NCBI GenBank assembly: GCA_019090895.1
Contig: JAHRVB010000121.1
Coordinates: forward strand, 10,513-74,512
DNA length: 64,000 bases
DNA from: Kangiellaceae bacterium
Lineage (GTDB): Bacteria; Pseudomonadota; Gammaproteobacteria; Enterobacterales; Kangiellaceae
Direction: 5' to 3'
The notes below the pieces were generated by a model. It had not been told where the DNA came from, ran no database searches, and worked only from the letters and a program-made list of their open reading frames with translations. Position numbers and translations under genes: made by a program. Positions 1 to 9,390 of this stretch are shown in pieces (within the stretch, counting starts at the first letter, position 1; each line of letters starts with the position of its first letter).

Positions 1-657
1 GCGCAAATCATCGGATCCGGACTCATGATCATGGCGTTTCGATACAAGAATTTTGCTGTTGCAACGAGCTTAGCCAAAACGGAAGCAGTTCTAACGGCAG
101 TTGTAGGATTTATTGCCTTTGACGCAGCGTTATCGGGCTTCGGCTGGATTTCTGTCGTTGTAGGTGTACTTGGAGTGTTGATTCTTAGTAAGGTTGATGT
201 TGGCATTCTCTCAATATTCAAGAGCAGGGCTTCGCTTTACGGTGTCGGAGCAGGTTTCTTTTTTGCCCTTGCGACTTTGTGGATTCGTGAAGCTAGTTTA
301 TCGTTACACTCGGACTTAATTCTTAGTGCCGCTTTCACACTCGCCTTTATGGTGACACTGCAAACTCTGTTAGTTGGCGCTTATTTGTATTGGAAAGACA
401 GCTCGCAATTCGTCGCTATTGGTAGAAATTGGCGGATTGGTTTATTCGTAGGAATTACCAGTATGATTGGTTCTATCGGCTGGTTTACTGCGGCTAGTTT
501 TCAAGATGCAGCGTACGTCAAAGCTCTAGGACAAATAGAATTTTTCTTTACCTTGTTCATTACCCAAAGATTCTTCAAGGAAAAAATCACCCCAAAAGAA
601 TATATTGGGATGAGTTTGATCATAGTTAGCGTCCTTGTGCTCCTACTGCTGACATAA
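1..657 (+). CDS. DMT/EamA-like multi-pass membrane permease, C-terminal part (ORF is open at the window start)
   Basis: Frame 1 has no stop from nt 1 to TAA 655-657. The product is a series of hydrophobic helices (AVLTAVVGFIAF, WISVVVGVLGVLIL, LIIVSVLVLLLL) typical of drug/metabolite-transporter permeases. Confidence 0.55.
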   Translation, partial: AQIIGSGLMIMAFRYKNFAVATSLAKTEAVLTAVVGFIAFDAALSGFGWISVVVGVLGVLILSKVDVGILSIFKSRASLYGVGAGFFFALATLWIREASLSLHSDLILSAAFTLAFMVTLQTLLVGAYLYWKDSSQFVAIGRNWRIGLFVGITSMIGSIGWFTAASFQDAAYVKALGQIEFFFTLFITQRFFKEKITPKEYIGMSLIIVSVLVLLLLT

Positions 658-693
658 CAATTTCTTGTCTTTTATCTTTTAATATTTACTTTT

Positions 694-725
694 AACTCGC
701 AACTCGCAACTCGAAACTCGAAACT
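694..725. repeat. Heptanucleotide tandem repeat: AACTCGC x2, AACTCGA x2, plus a partial AACT
   Basis: Read directly from the sequence, in the gap between the convergent genes ending at 657 and 804. Confidence 0.9.
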
Positions 726-732
726 ATTTTTT

Positions 733-776
733 CCCTGCTCCCAGTTCCCATTCCCTCACTCCCATCTCCCAGCTCC
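733..776. repeat. C-rich degenerate heptad repeat; the minus strand carries six GGG tracts with 3-5 nt loops (G-quadruplex-type motif)
   Basis: CCC runs at 733-735, 740-742, 747-749, 753-755, 761-763 and 768-770. Confidence 0.8.
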
Positions 777-803
777 TTTTCCAAAAGCTAGCAACTATCC
801 TCA

Positions 804-1175
804 TCAATCCCTAATCTTATCCAACGTGTCTTGTCCCCAACCGATCAATTTATCATCGGCAAAAACCAGTGGAGTTGTCTCATCCCGCGTCGTATCGCCG
901 TCTGATCGAGTGTGTTGAGTGCGATAATAAAGCACACGAAAGGCTTTGCCATCTTTAGCAAACGCATCTGAGAATTCGGGGACACCCATTTTTTGAGCGA
1001 CGTCAGCTCGATCCATTTGTAACGACAGTTCGCTGATCATTTCTCGATTTCGCTCTTGCTTTGCTTGCCAGTCGCTACCAGACCATTTACCTTCTCCGGC
1101 TACAATGACACAACCGTTTAAGGTGATTACACTCACTGCGACTACGGCCAAATTACGTAACTGTTTCATTTTCAT
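804..1175 (-). CDS. Small lipoprotein, DUF3192-like
   Basis: Lipobox signal (VITLNGC). The C-terminal pattern FRVLYYRTQHTRSDGDTTRDETTPLVF..LIGWG matches my recollection of the DUF3192 family. Confidence 0.55.
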   Translation of the reverse strand: MKMKQLRNLAVVAVSVITLNGCVIVAGEGKWSGSDWQAKQERNREMISELSLQMDRADVAQKMGVPEFSDAFAKDGKAFRVLYYRTQHTRSDGDTTRDETTPLVFADDKLIGWGQDTLDKIRD

Positions 1176-1352
1176 TTTTCCTATTTCTGTTTATCAAAAA
1201 ACTAAAGATTAATGATGTAATCCCTATCGTTAAGCCTATTGTTAAGCCTTAGGTGATATACATACATACAACACCGAAACAGGATAGCATTATTGGTTAG
1301 ATAATCCAGAGATAAACTATTTCAAAGTATGTCTAGGCTTTCTTCTCGACAT

Positions 1353-1376
1353 AAAAAAAGACCCGTTAATGGTCTT
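1353..1376 (-). terminator. Rho-independent terminator downstream of the ECF/anti-sigma/DUF4097 operon
   Basis: The minus strand reads AAGACC-attaacg-GGTCTT followed by a T run. Confidence 0.5.
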
Positions 1377-1445
1377 CTTTTATGCCTACACTGGCAAACT
1401 TACCTCGGCATTTCGATAACTTAAATGCATTTAGAACTTGGCTTT

Positions 1446-2327
1446 TTATTTAGTTCTTACAAAAATATCCCCCCGGTAGGTATTAAGTAATAGTTTCTGC
1501 TTTCCACCATTAACCTTTGCTTGCATCGTACCACCAATGCTAATTTGTTGACGTTTGCCATCCTTACCTTTCTCTATTTTATCGACGCTTTGAAATGGCG
1601 TATCTAGACCCGAGTAAATTTCGCCTTCATAGTTTTTCACTTCAATTTGTGCACTCGATTTTTTAGGAATAGTGACATCAATATTGCCACGATGAACAGT
1701 CAGCGACGAAGGCTTTTCCAGATTGAAGGTATCGTAGATAACAGTAATGTTACTACTCGAGGACTCAGCAACAATTGAGCCTCTCACCCCCTTTGCTGAG
1801 AGTGGTCCGGCTGCACTCTCAATTTCGATACTACCATGCACATTATTCACAAATATTCCGTTACCGCGATTAAGCTCTAACTCAACATTGGTGTTAAAAG
1901 GTACTCTCAAGACTAGTTCAATGTCTTGGCGTCTTGCATGAGACTCTATGCTGACTCGATTATTTCTTTCTTCAATGTCCAAATTAACCATCGTTTTTTC
2001 CACTTTCTTTAATCCCTTGATAGAAGGTTTCTTTGGTGGAGTTTCATCCCTCATTCCTGTGTCAACTCTGACATCAATTCGTTCGTGCCAGAATTCATCA
2101 GTTTCCTTCGACAATTCACGAACAACCGCTTCAATTTCTATGCTTTTCCCTTTGTAGCCTTCAACTGTTATTTTCCCATGCATCAGAGAGACTTCAAGTC
2201 GAGCAGCTTTATCAGGATTGGTTAAAGTTAAACTGTGTGAAACCTTCTTTTCTTTAGCCTGAACTGAAGATAACACGACGATGTTTAATGTCAGTAATAC
2301 CACAATTGCTACAAAATACTTTTTCAT
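1446..2327 (-). CDS. Secreted beta-rich protein, DUF4097-like putative adhesin
   Basis: Signal peptide, and repeated HGSIEIES / RGSIVAES / RGNIDVTI / RGDIFV strand motifs. It lies downstream of a sigma/anti-sigma pair, as is usual for this family. Confidence 0.5.
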   Translation of the reverse strand: MKKYFVAIVVLLTLNIVVLSSVQAKEKKVSHSLTLTNPDKAARLEVSLMHGKITVEGYKGKSIEIEAVVRELSKETDEFWHERIDVRVDTGMRDETPPKKPSIKGLKKVEKTMVNLDIEERNNRVSIESHARRQDIELVLRVPFNTNVELELNRGNGIFVNNVHGSIEIESAAGPLSAKGVRGSIVAESSSSNITVIYDTFNLEKPSSLTVHRGNIDVTIPKKSSAQIEVKNYEGEIYSGLDTPFQSVDKIEKGKDGKRQQISIGGTMQAKVNGGKQKLLLNTYRGDIFVRTK

Positions 2328-2398
2328 TTCTAGTGACCTCTATTTATTACTTATGATGCGTTAACTAATTTAAATCGCAATTCAATGTTGATGCTCTT

Positions 2399-3211
2399 TT
2401 AAATAGTGTTGTTATTCTTTCCATTACTTCTATTGATGATGTCTTGTACTTCAGTATCCAAATTCTTATTAGAAAAAATAAGTTTCAGTTGTTTGTCATC
2501 CAATGCCGTTGAACTTTGCAGTAGTTCAACTAAGGCCATTTGAATTAATACATTTTCTTGCCGGCTTAAACTGTCTACAATCTTGTCTTTCATGTTATCT
2601 TGCGCACTTTGAGAGGCTAATAAATCCACCACTGAAAGTCTTACAGCACTAGAACGATCACTGTTAAGTAATCCAATTAACGAATTTGTAAGCTGCTCAT
2701 TTGATTGCCCTACCTCACGAGCATAATCGACACCGACCAATCTTTCGGCGGCAGAATCTTGCTTCATCATCGACAAAGCGACAATCACATTAAGCGTTTC
2801 AACTTGCTTCTCTAATTTCGATGCCTGAAGATTCTGTTGTTGCTGAGGTTCGCCATTCAATAACCACCCAGCGCCAAAAACAACCACTAATAACAACGCC
2901 TGAAACGCTGGTTGGAAAAGCCCTAGTCGAACCAATAAGGACTGCCTAATTTCTTTTTCTTTAGGCTTGATGTTCGATGCGTCTGCACTTTGAGCATGGC
3001 TTAGCATTTGATAAAACCGTGCTTGCATTTGAGCCGATGGTTGCTCATTCGAATCGAGCTCTGGTCTACTCCATATTTCTTCAATAAACTTAATTTCATT
3101 AGCGAGCGTTTCATCTTGCGCCAGTATATTCATCGCCTCAGATGATAGATTTTGCTCGCTATTTCCGTTTAAGAATTCGATTTTTTTCGAAATGATGTCT
3201 TGATGATTCAT
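2399..3211 (-). CDS. Putative single-pass anti-sigma factor with a helical-repeat periplasmic domain
   Basis: 4-nt ATGA overlap with the sigma gene. One TM helix (AFQALLLVVVFGAGWLL) and a leucine-rich helical C-terminus. Confidence 0.5.
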   Translation of the reverse strand: MNHQDIISKKIEFLNGNSEQNLSSEAMNILAQDETLANEIKFIEEIWSRPELDSNEQPSAQMQARFYQMLSHAQSADASNIKPKEKEIRQSLLVRLGLFQPAFQALLLVVVFGAGWLLNGEPQQQQNLQASKLEKQVETLNVIVALSMMKQDSAAERLVGVDYAREVGQSNEQLTNSLIGLLNSDRSSAVRLSVVDLLASQSAQDNMKDKIVDSLSRQENVLIQMALVELLQSSTALDDKQLKLIFSNKNLDTEVQDIINRSNGKNNNTI

Positions 3212-3759
3212 GACGTCGCCTCACCTGTAATAAGTTTATATTCGTTCTTAAGATTAGCAATAGCCGTTCGCATACGAGTTTTGAGGGTATTAATATTACA
3301 ATTTAGCAATTCAGCGATATCCGTATAGTTGAGTTGTTGGAACCGGCTTAGGATGATAATTTCTCGATGGTCCGAAGGTATCGATGACAGCGCTTTATCG
3401 AAATCAGATTGTTTGACTTCTTGCTCTATTCCTTCTGCGAGGGTCTCTGATGCCTGCATGTGTTTCTCTTCGAAACTGTCGTGAAGATCGCGATTAGACA
3501 TTTTTCTAAAGTGATCAGCGACCACGTTTCGACCAATGCGATAGAACCAAGCTTTAAATGAATTTTCAGCGAGATAAGTACTTCGATAAGCAAGGACCCG
3601 CATAAAGGTCTCTTGAACCATATCTTCGGCAAGCGCTCGATTCAACCCCATTCGAAGGTAGAAATTGAATAAAGCTAGATGGTTAGCCTCAAATAACTCA
3701 GATAAGCAGCCTATTTGGCCATCTTTTACCTTGAGCATTAAAGCCATTTCGTCAGTCAT
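3208..3759 (-). CDS. ECF (sigma-70 family) RNA polymerase sigma factor
   Basis: Region 2 (DMVQETFMRVLAYRSTY...FKAWFYRIGRNVVADHFRK) and a region 4 HTH (REIIILSRFQQLNYTDIAELLNCNINTLKTRMRTA). Confidence 0.85.
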   Translation of the reverse strand: MTDEMALMLKVKDGQIGCLSELFEANHLALFNFYLRMGLNRALAEDMVQETFMRVLAYRSTYLAENSFKAWFYRIGRNVVADHFRKMSNRDLHDSFEEKHMQASETLAEGIEQEVKQSDFDKALSSIPSDHREIIILSRFQQLNYTDIAELLNCNINTLKTRMRTAIANLKNEYKLITGEATS

Positions 3760-3802
3760 TCTCGATTTTCCAGCGCAGTTAATTATTTAGATACTATTCA
3801 AT

Positions 3803-3825
3803 ACGTTGGAATTTGTAAAAGGTTT
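3803..3825 (-). promoter_or_regulatory. Weak candidate ECF-type promoter (AAC-N16-CGT) upstream of the sigma gene
   Basis: The minus strand reads GCAAACC-TTTTACAAATTCCAA-CGTAT about 45 nt upstream of the ATG at 3759. This is a pattern match only. Confidence 0.2.
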
Positions 3826-3907
3826 GCGATAATTAAGAAATTTTTGATCAAAAAAATAATATCGCGACGCAGTAGTCGCAGGTTCAAGGCTGAACTAAGT
3901 TTAGAAA

Positions 3908-4537
3908 CTAACTAAGCGCCGAAACACAGGCATCAGTGATTTTTTGCCATTCTTTTTGCTCAATCCACTGCTTGGGCGCAACCCAACTACCACCAACTGC
4001 AAAGACATTAGGCAATGAGAGATAGTCCATTCGATTCGATTCTGAAACACCCCCTGTAGGACAGAATGAAATATCTTTAAATACCGACGCGATTGACGAT
4101 AAGAATCCAACACCACCGGCTATGTTGGCAGGAAACAATTTGAGCTCAGTGTACCCATGCTCTCTTGCCATCAGGATATCAGCGACATTCGCCACTCCCG
4201 GTAATACGGGGACAGGACAATCTTTTAAATGATTCAGTAAGTTCATAGAAATGCCCGGAGTAACAATCATATCCGAACCAGCAGATAAAGCCGCACTCAG
4301 AACTTTGGCGTCAATGACCGTACCTGCAGCCACTTGCAAGTCAGGTAATTGTTGCTTAATTGCTGTGATAATATCTAAAGAGGCATCAGTTCTTATGACG
4401 ACTTCAACCAGGTTAACCCCGGCGTTTTCCATCGCTTTTGCTGCGTTTACACCAGATTCAACATCGTCGGCTTGTATGATTGGTAGCAGTGGTTGGTTTT
4501 TCATTACAACAAAAGAAGGGTTCAAAACTTGCCTCAT
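3908..4537 (-). CDS. eda: 2-dehydro-3-deoxyphosphogluconate (KDPG) aldolase
   Basis: Typical Eda layout (PIIQADDVE..A.AM...GV.LVEV..RT; KLFPA...GG; PTGGV). Last gene of the alginate operon. An alternative start lies at 4504. Confidence 0.85.
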   Translation of the reverse strand: MRQVLNPSFVVMKNQPLLPIIQADDVESGVNAAKAMENAGVNLVEVVIRTDASLDIITAIKQQLPDLQVAAGTVIDAKVLSAALSAGSDMIVTPGISMNLLNHLKDCPVPVLPGVANVADILMAREHGYTELKLFPANIAGGVGFLSSIASVFKDISFCPTGGVSESNRMDYLSLPNVFAVGGSWVAPKQWIEQKEWQKITDACVSALS

Positions 4538-4540
4538 TAA

Positions 4541-5497
4541 CTAACTTATAGATGATGAGGCTGATTTTAAATCAAAGTTAGTCACAAATGAATCATAAGA
4601 TTCTTTTTCAACAATGGCGCCTTTGCGTTGAACCACAAAACCTGCGGCCGATGAGGCAAAAGAAATAGCCTCCTCACATGTTTTCCCTTGTAATCGAGCA
4701 CCTAAATACACACCGTTAAATCCATCACCAGCGGAAGTTGTGTCAACCACATTTAAAACGGGAACAACCGCGCATTCCTGAATAGTGCCTCTTTGAACAG
4801 AGACAACGTTTTGGCTTCCGTTTTTAATAACCACTTCTTCAATATCGAAATTAGTGAGAAATTCGACTAAATCGTCGGTCGACTCAATCCCATACAGCTT
4901 ACTAAAATCATCAATCCCTGGCAGTGCTATTTGACAAATATTAAGGGCCCTTTCAATTTGTTGTTTGGCTTCTTGCTCGCTTTGCCATAAGCGCGCTCGG
5001 TAATTTGGGTCAAAAACAAGTGTTACTCCTACTTGCCTTAAGGTTTCTACCATATGCCAAAACTTATCGCGCTCAGACGGTTTTATTACGGCAAGTGAAA
5101 TGCCGGAGAAAAAAAACATCTTTTGTTTAGAAAGTCTTCCTACATCAGCCGGTGCCACATGAGACATGATTTCTCGCGCTGCTGAATCACTCCGCCAATA
5201 GGTAAAACTGCGCTCGCCCGCGTCATCTGTTTTAATCGCGTACAAACCAGCACTTTTAGTTTTAGATGAATAAACGAATTCGCAACCGATGGACTCATCA
5301 GCAAAATACTGGAGCATTTTTTCGCTGTAACTATCAGAACCAACAGCTGTCATTAAGCTAACGTCGACTTGAGTGAAAGTCCTCGCCAGGTACACCGCCG
5401 AATTAAATACATCCCCGGCAAATGACTGCTTTAATAAACCATCTTCTTGCTGGCTTAGTTCAACCATGCACTCGCCAAAAAATACGATTTTACCCAC
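4541..5497 (-). CDS. kdgK: 2-keto-3-deoxygluconate kinase (PfkB family)
   Basis: PfkB motifs (GECMVEL, DTTSAGDGFNG). Overlaps the end of the MFS gene and lies next to eda. Confidence 0.85.
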   Translation of the reverse strand: MGKIVFFGECMVELSQQEDGLLKQSFAGDVFNSAVYLARTFTQVDVSLMTAVGSDSYSEKMLQYFADESIGCEFVYSSKTKSAGLYAIKTDDAGERSFTYWRSDSAAREIMSHVAPADVGRLSKQKMFFFSGISLAVIKPSERDKFWHMVETLRQVGVTLVFDPNYRARLWQSEQEAKQQIERALNICQIALPGIDDFSKLYGIESTDDLVEFLTNFDIEEVVIKNGSQNVVSVQRGTIQECAVVPVLNVVDTTSAGDGFNGVYLGARLQGKTCEEAISFASSAAGFVVQRKGAIVEKESYDSFVTNFDLKSASSSIS

Positions 5498-6794
5498 CTG
5501 CGATTTTCCTTTTTAGCGGTTCAATCTTGGGAATCAAGACCCAAACAGCGAGCATTGCTATAACAGCTAGAGATGCGCCGATGACAAAAACTGTCGTATA
5601 GTTACCATCAGCAGTGAGAATCGGCACTAGCGAGGTTAAGCCAACTACCGCCAATTTGGCAGCCATTCCCGAAAACCCAGCGAGCGTTCCAACGGCCTTC
5701 TTACCAAATAGATCGCTCGGTAGTGTTTGAACATTACCGATAGCGGTTTGAAAGCCAAATAATATAACGGCCATGATCAAAACAGCGGTTGTTGGCCCAC
5801 CGGGGCTCGCCATCGCTAATAGACTTGGCAACATGATTAGGCAACCTAGAGTAATCGTAAGTTTACGTGTTTTGTCTGTATTCCAACCCGCTTTTATCCG
5901 ATTTTGTGCCAAAAGACCTCCAAACCAAGCACCGAACATTGCTCCCACATAGGGAACCCAGCCGTAAATTCCAATGGCTTTTACATCCATACCGTATACT
6001 TCGTTAAGATAGATAGGAGTCCAAGCCACAAATAGCCACCAAATTGGGTCAATCGCAGCAGAAGCTAGAATGACTCCCCAGCTTTGCTTTCGGGAAAGTA
6101 ACTCACCCGTTGAAGGGTTATATTCTTCTGCAGCTGCTACATCAGCCTCAGTTGTTTTACTTCCTGTCAAAATGTAAATGCGTTCTTCTTCAGTAATCCA
6201 AGGGTGAGATTTAGGTGGCGCTTTAACTAAAATGATCCATGGTATTAACCATAACAATCCGATCAAGCCGACAATTACGAAAACCATTTGCCAACTGAAA
6301 TAAACAGTCATATAAGCGATCAATGGAATTGAAATAATACCACCAATAGCCGCACCCGAATTAAAGATACCTTGAGCCAAAGCTCGTTCTTTAGTTGGAA
6401 ACCACTCTGCATTACTTTTAGTTGCGCCTGGCCAGTTACCCGCTTCCGCCACACCTAATATCGCTCGAAAAATGCTAAAACTAAGAATGCCCTGTGCAAA
6501 AGCGTGAGCGGCAGTAGCGAGAGACCAAACGCCAATGGACAGAACAAAACCCAAACGAGTGCCTATCCAATCGAATATTTTGCCAAAGATAGCCTGACCG
6601 AAAGCATATGAGAATATAAAAACGACCGTGATATTTGCATAGATCTGTTTACGTTCTAATGCAGATTCATCCGGGAATAAATCTTCAACTATATCAGGCC
6701 ACAAGACACTGAGCGATTGACGATCTATGTAGTTTATTACAGTGGCTAGTGCGATCAACGCGATCACCCACCATCTTAAATTCTGGATTTTCAT
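5490..6794 (-). CDS. MFS transporter, hexuronate/ExuT-like (probable importer of DEH or unsaturated uronate)
   Basis: 12-TM profile and the N-terminal WWVIALIALATVINYIDRQSLSV signature of the ExuT-type subfamily. Confidence 0.8.
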   Translation of the reverse strand: MKIQNLRWWVIALIALATVINYIDRQSLSVLWPDIVEDLFPDESALERKQIYANITVVFIFSYAFGQAIFGKIFDWIGTRLGFVLSIGVWSLATAAHAFAQGILSFSIFRAILGVAEAGNWPGATKSNAEWFPTKERALAQGIFNSGAAIGGIISIPLIAYMTVYFSWQMVFVIVGLIGLLWLIPWIILVKAPPKSHPWITEEERIYILTGSKTTEADVAAAEEYNPSTGELLSRKQSWGVILASAAIDPIWWLFVAWTPIYLNEVYGMDVKAIGIYGWVPYVGAMFGAWFGGLLAQNRIKAGWNTDKTRKLTITLGCLIMLPSLLAMASPGGPTTAVLIMAVILFGFQTAIGNVQTLPSDLFGKKAVGTLAGFSGMAAKLAVVGLTSLVPILTADGNYTTVFVIGASLAVIAMLAVWVLIPKIEPLKRKIAGG

Positions 6795-6796
6795 TA

Positions 6797-7138
6797 TTAT
6801 TCCTCTAAGAAATCTTCGCGAGCCGGGCTAAAAGTATCAATTAAGATCCCGCCAGTTGGACTAGTCGCACCGTGATCAGCGTGTGGAGGTATCAAGCAAC
6901 TATCACCCGCCATCATTATTTTAGTAACACCATCAATATTAAAGTGAAACTCACCTTCAACCACATAAGTCACTTGCGAGTGTCTGTGGGCATGATTATA
7001 ACCAATAGCGTCTTTTTCGAACCATATTTTAACGGCCATTAGTTCGTCGTTATAGCCTAACATTTGGCGTTTTAATCCACCGCCAATATCTTCAATTTCT
7101 GTTTCGTTAGCAAATGAAAAGTTTTCGCTTTGACTCAT
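6797..7138 (-). CDS. kdgF: Cupin, KdgF-like
   Basis: 113-aa cupin with metal-binding His residues (HAHRHSQ...PPHADHG), in the position typical of uronate loci. Confidence 0.75.
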   Translation of the reverse strand: MSQSENFSFANETEIEDIGGGLKRQMLGYNDELMAVKIWFEKDAIGYNHAHRHSQVTYVVEGEFHFNIDGVTKIMMAGDSCLIPPHADHGATSPTGGILIDTFSPAREDFLEE

Positions 7139-7147
7139 AATTGACCT

Positions 7148-9388
7148 CTACTCTTTAATTTCTAAAAATTTAAAACGGCCAGTAAAATAGTATTTTGAGC
7201 CATTGAATAAAAATGTTTGTAACTGATTGTCTTTTATATCTTCAGCTAAGTTCAATGCTAACAAATAGCGCTTATTACCTATTAATTCAATTTCTACCAC
7301 ATCGATGCCGTCGTTTTTTTTATGGGATAGTTTTTCAATCTTACTTACGGCATCTACGGTAAATTCTTTAGATGGATTGAATTCGCCATGAGGCTCTAAC
7401 ACATTAATAAAGGTATGATTTTTTGACTGAGTTACACGGTTAATAAAGCCGTTTTCATTTCGTAAATTAAACAGCGGATCGTTTGCGCCAATTTGGGTAA
7501 AAATAACCGACGAATCACCATCCATTATTGATGATTGAGTATAAAACCGACCATTTTTATTTAACCAAGTGATTTGGGACAAACCAGATTCAGGCTTGGC
7601 TTGCGCTTTTAGCCATAAGTGCTGATATCCATTTTTTTTACCTAACACCGGTAAGCTGGTTAGTTGTGTATCAAGTTCAAAGCTAGTGCTAATTAGGTGG
7701 CCTTTATAATAAGTTGGTAAATCGTATTGGTGTTTTTTATTGGACTTAACATCGAAAACATCAATAACAAGTGACTGTTCCAGTTCAGGAATATTAATGA
7801 GAGCCATCGTTCGCGTTAGCGAAACACCTTTATAAGCAGAGTCAATTCGACCAGAACTGATTGTTACATTATCACTCTCATCAAAAAACAATAGGTCCGG
7901 ATGATTTTTGTTACCTATTTCCACATTGGCATTAAAATGTGTTTTTTCATCCACAACAACCGTGTTGTGAGCAATCGTTTGCTTCGCCCAAGTGGCATTT
8001 TCTGGTAAGTATCGACCACCATATTTAGCTTCAACGTTCAAAAACCTGGCTGCGCCATAATCAGAAACTATTTCCTCTCCTTTATCATAAAATTGCCATG
8101 TCAACTTATCAAAATGTCCATGACCCAAACCTTGTGCCGCTGGTTTAAATAACACAGCCTGTTCGCCATGTACATCTTGACGCATAATGACCAAAGCACC
8201 TTGTTTACCATCACTCCCATCACCAAAGGCGACAGAATTAAACTGAAATGGTTGTTCCAGATTTTTATCTAAACCTTGAGAAACTTTCAAACCATCACCG
8301 GTCAATAAAATTTGATCTTGCTTTTTAGCTATATCGAGAAATTCAGGATCGTCAGTTAGGCTGTAAGCAATAGTGACACCATTGACTAATTCTATGGTAT
8401 CTATACCTTTTGATTTTATAGAATCATTAATAGGAAAGAACAACTTGTTGTAGCTTAGCTGTATGGTTGTTTCGATTGCCTTTAATACAATGCCATCGCG
8501 ATATTCAAATATTTTTCGTTCTGGTTGATTTGATTGAATCGCTTTTGCAAAAGTGATAAACGGCATTAAAGCATAACGTTGATAATAAGGTCCCTCGTTA
8601 TAATAACCTTGAGGCGAAAACAATTCATCAAGTTGCCTTAAAAAGCCGCCCTTTCCTGATTTATCCAAACCATAAAGAGCTTGCTCAACCCAGTCTAACT
8701 CGCCTAAAACATAACCAGTCATCCCTACAGCAGCGGTTGTCCACGTACCATGGTTATGCACTTTGTTAAACGTTTGAGGAGAATCTACCGACAAAAACTT
8801 GGCGATTGGACGAAACAAACCAGTTTCTATTTTTGACTTTTCATCTGAAGTTAAAGACGATAAGATCAAATCATAAGCTTGGCTTGTGTAAACTAACCAT
8901 ACGGCTTCATTTAGAGACTGCCAGAATAATTTACCTGGATTTTGCTTATCTATTTTTCGTTTAGGATGTGGTGGTAATGTCGGATACAGTTCAGCGTATC
9001 TAAATAGCATTACTTTTACATAGTCTGCGTATTTTTTCTCTTGTGTTAGTTGATAAAGAACACCAGCATCATACATTTGTTGGTAGTTTTTCTTATGTCT
9101 CTCATGAGTATAACCACCCCCACCGTCTTTGGGGATCGGAACCATTATTGGCATTGTTAGGAGCTTATCGACTTTAACTTTAGTTGTGTTATATTGAGTT
9201 GCAAATCGCCCTTCTTGGACGATTGCCTGTCTCATTTTTACCACGTCTTCATTTGTAATGACTAGTCGAGGACTTTCCGAGGCGTAGGATAATTGACTTA
9301 ACATAAGCGCAGCTACTATCACTGCAAAGCTCAGTATCACTTTAGTCATATGCTGTAATCCAATAGGCTGATTCAAGAGAAGAGTCAT
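7148..9388 (-). CDS. Exo-type oligoalginate lyase, PL17-like (alginate lyase plus heparinase II/III-like domains)
   Basis: Motifs HNHGTWTTAA, YYNEGPYYQRYALMPF and GHGHFDKL. An alternative start at 9349 gives a cleaner signal peptide. Confidence 0.85.
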   Translation of the reverse strand: MTLLLNQPIGLQHMTKVILSFAVIVAALMLSQLSYASESPRLVITNEDVVKMRQAIVQEGRFATQYNTTKVKVDKLLTMPIMVPIPKDGGGGYTHERHKKNYQQMYDAGVLYQLTQEKKYADYVKVMLFRYAELYPTLPPHPKRKIDKQNPGKLFWQSLNEAVWLVYTSQAYDLILSSLTSDEKSKIETGLFRPIAKFLSVDSPQTFNKVHNHGTWTTAAVGMTGYVLGELDWVEQALYGLDKSGKGGFLRQLDELFSPQGYYNEGPYYQRYALMPFITFAKAIQSNQPERKIFEYRDGIVLKAIETTIQLSYNKLFFPINDSIKSKGIDTIELVNGVTIAYSLTDDPEFLDIAKKQDQILLTGDGLKVSQGLDKNLEQPFQFNSVAFGDGSDGKQGALVIMRQDVHGEQAVLFKPAAQGLGHGHFDKLTWQFYDKGEEIVSDYGAARFLNVEAKYGGRYLPENATWAKQTIAHNTVVVDEKTHFNANVEIGNKNHPDLLFFDESDNVTISSGRIDSAYKGVSLTRTMALINIPELEQSLVIDVFDVKSNKKHQYDLPTYYKGHLISTSFELDTQLTSLPVLGKKNGYQHLWLKAQAKPESGLSQITWLNKNGRFYTQSSIMDGDSSVIFTQIGANDPLFNLRNENGFINRVTQSKNHTFINVLEPHGEFNPSKEFTVDAVSKIEKLSHKKNDGIDVVEIELIGNKRYLLALNLAEDIKDNQLQTFLFNGSKYYFTGRFKFLEIKE

Positions 9389-9390
9389 TA

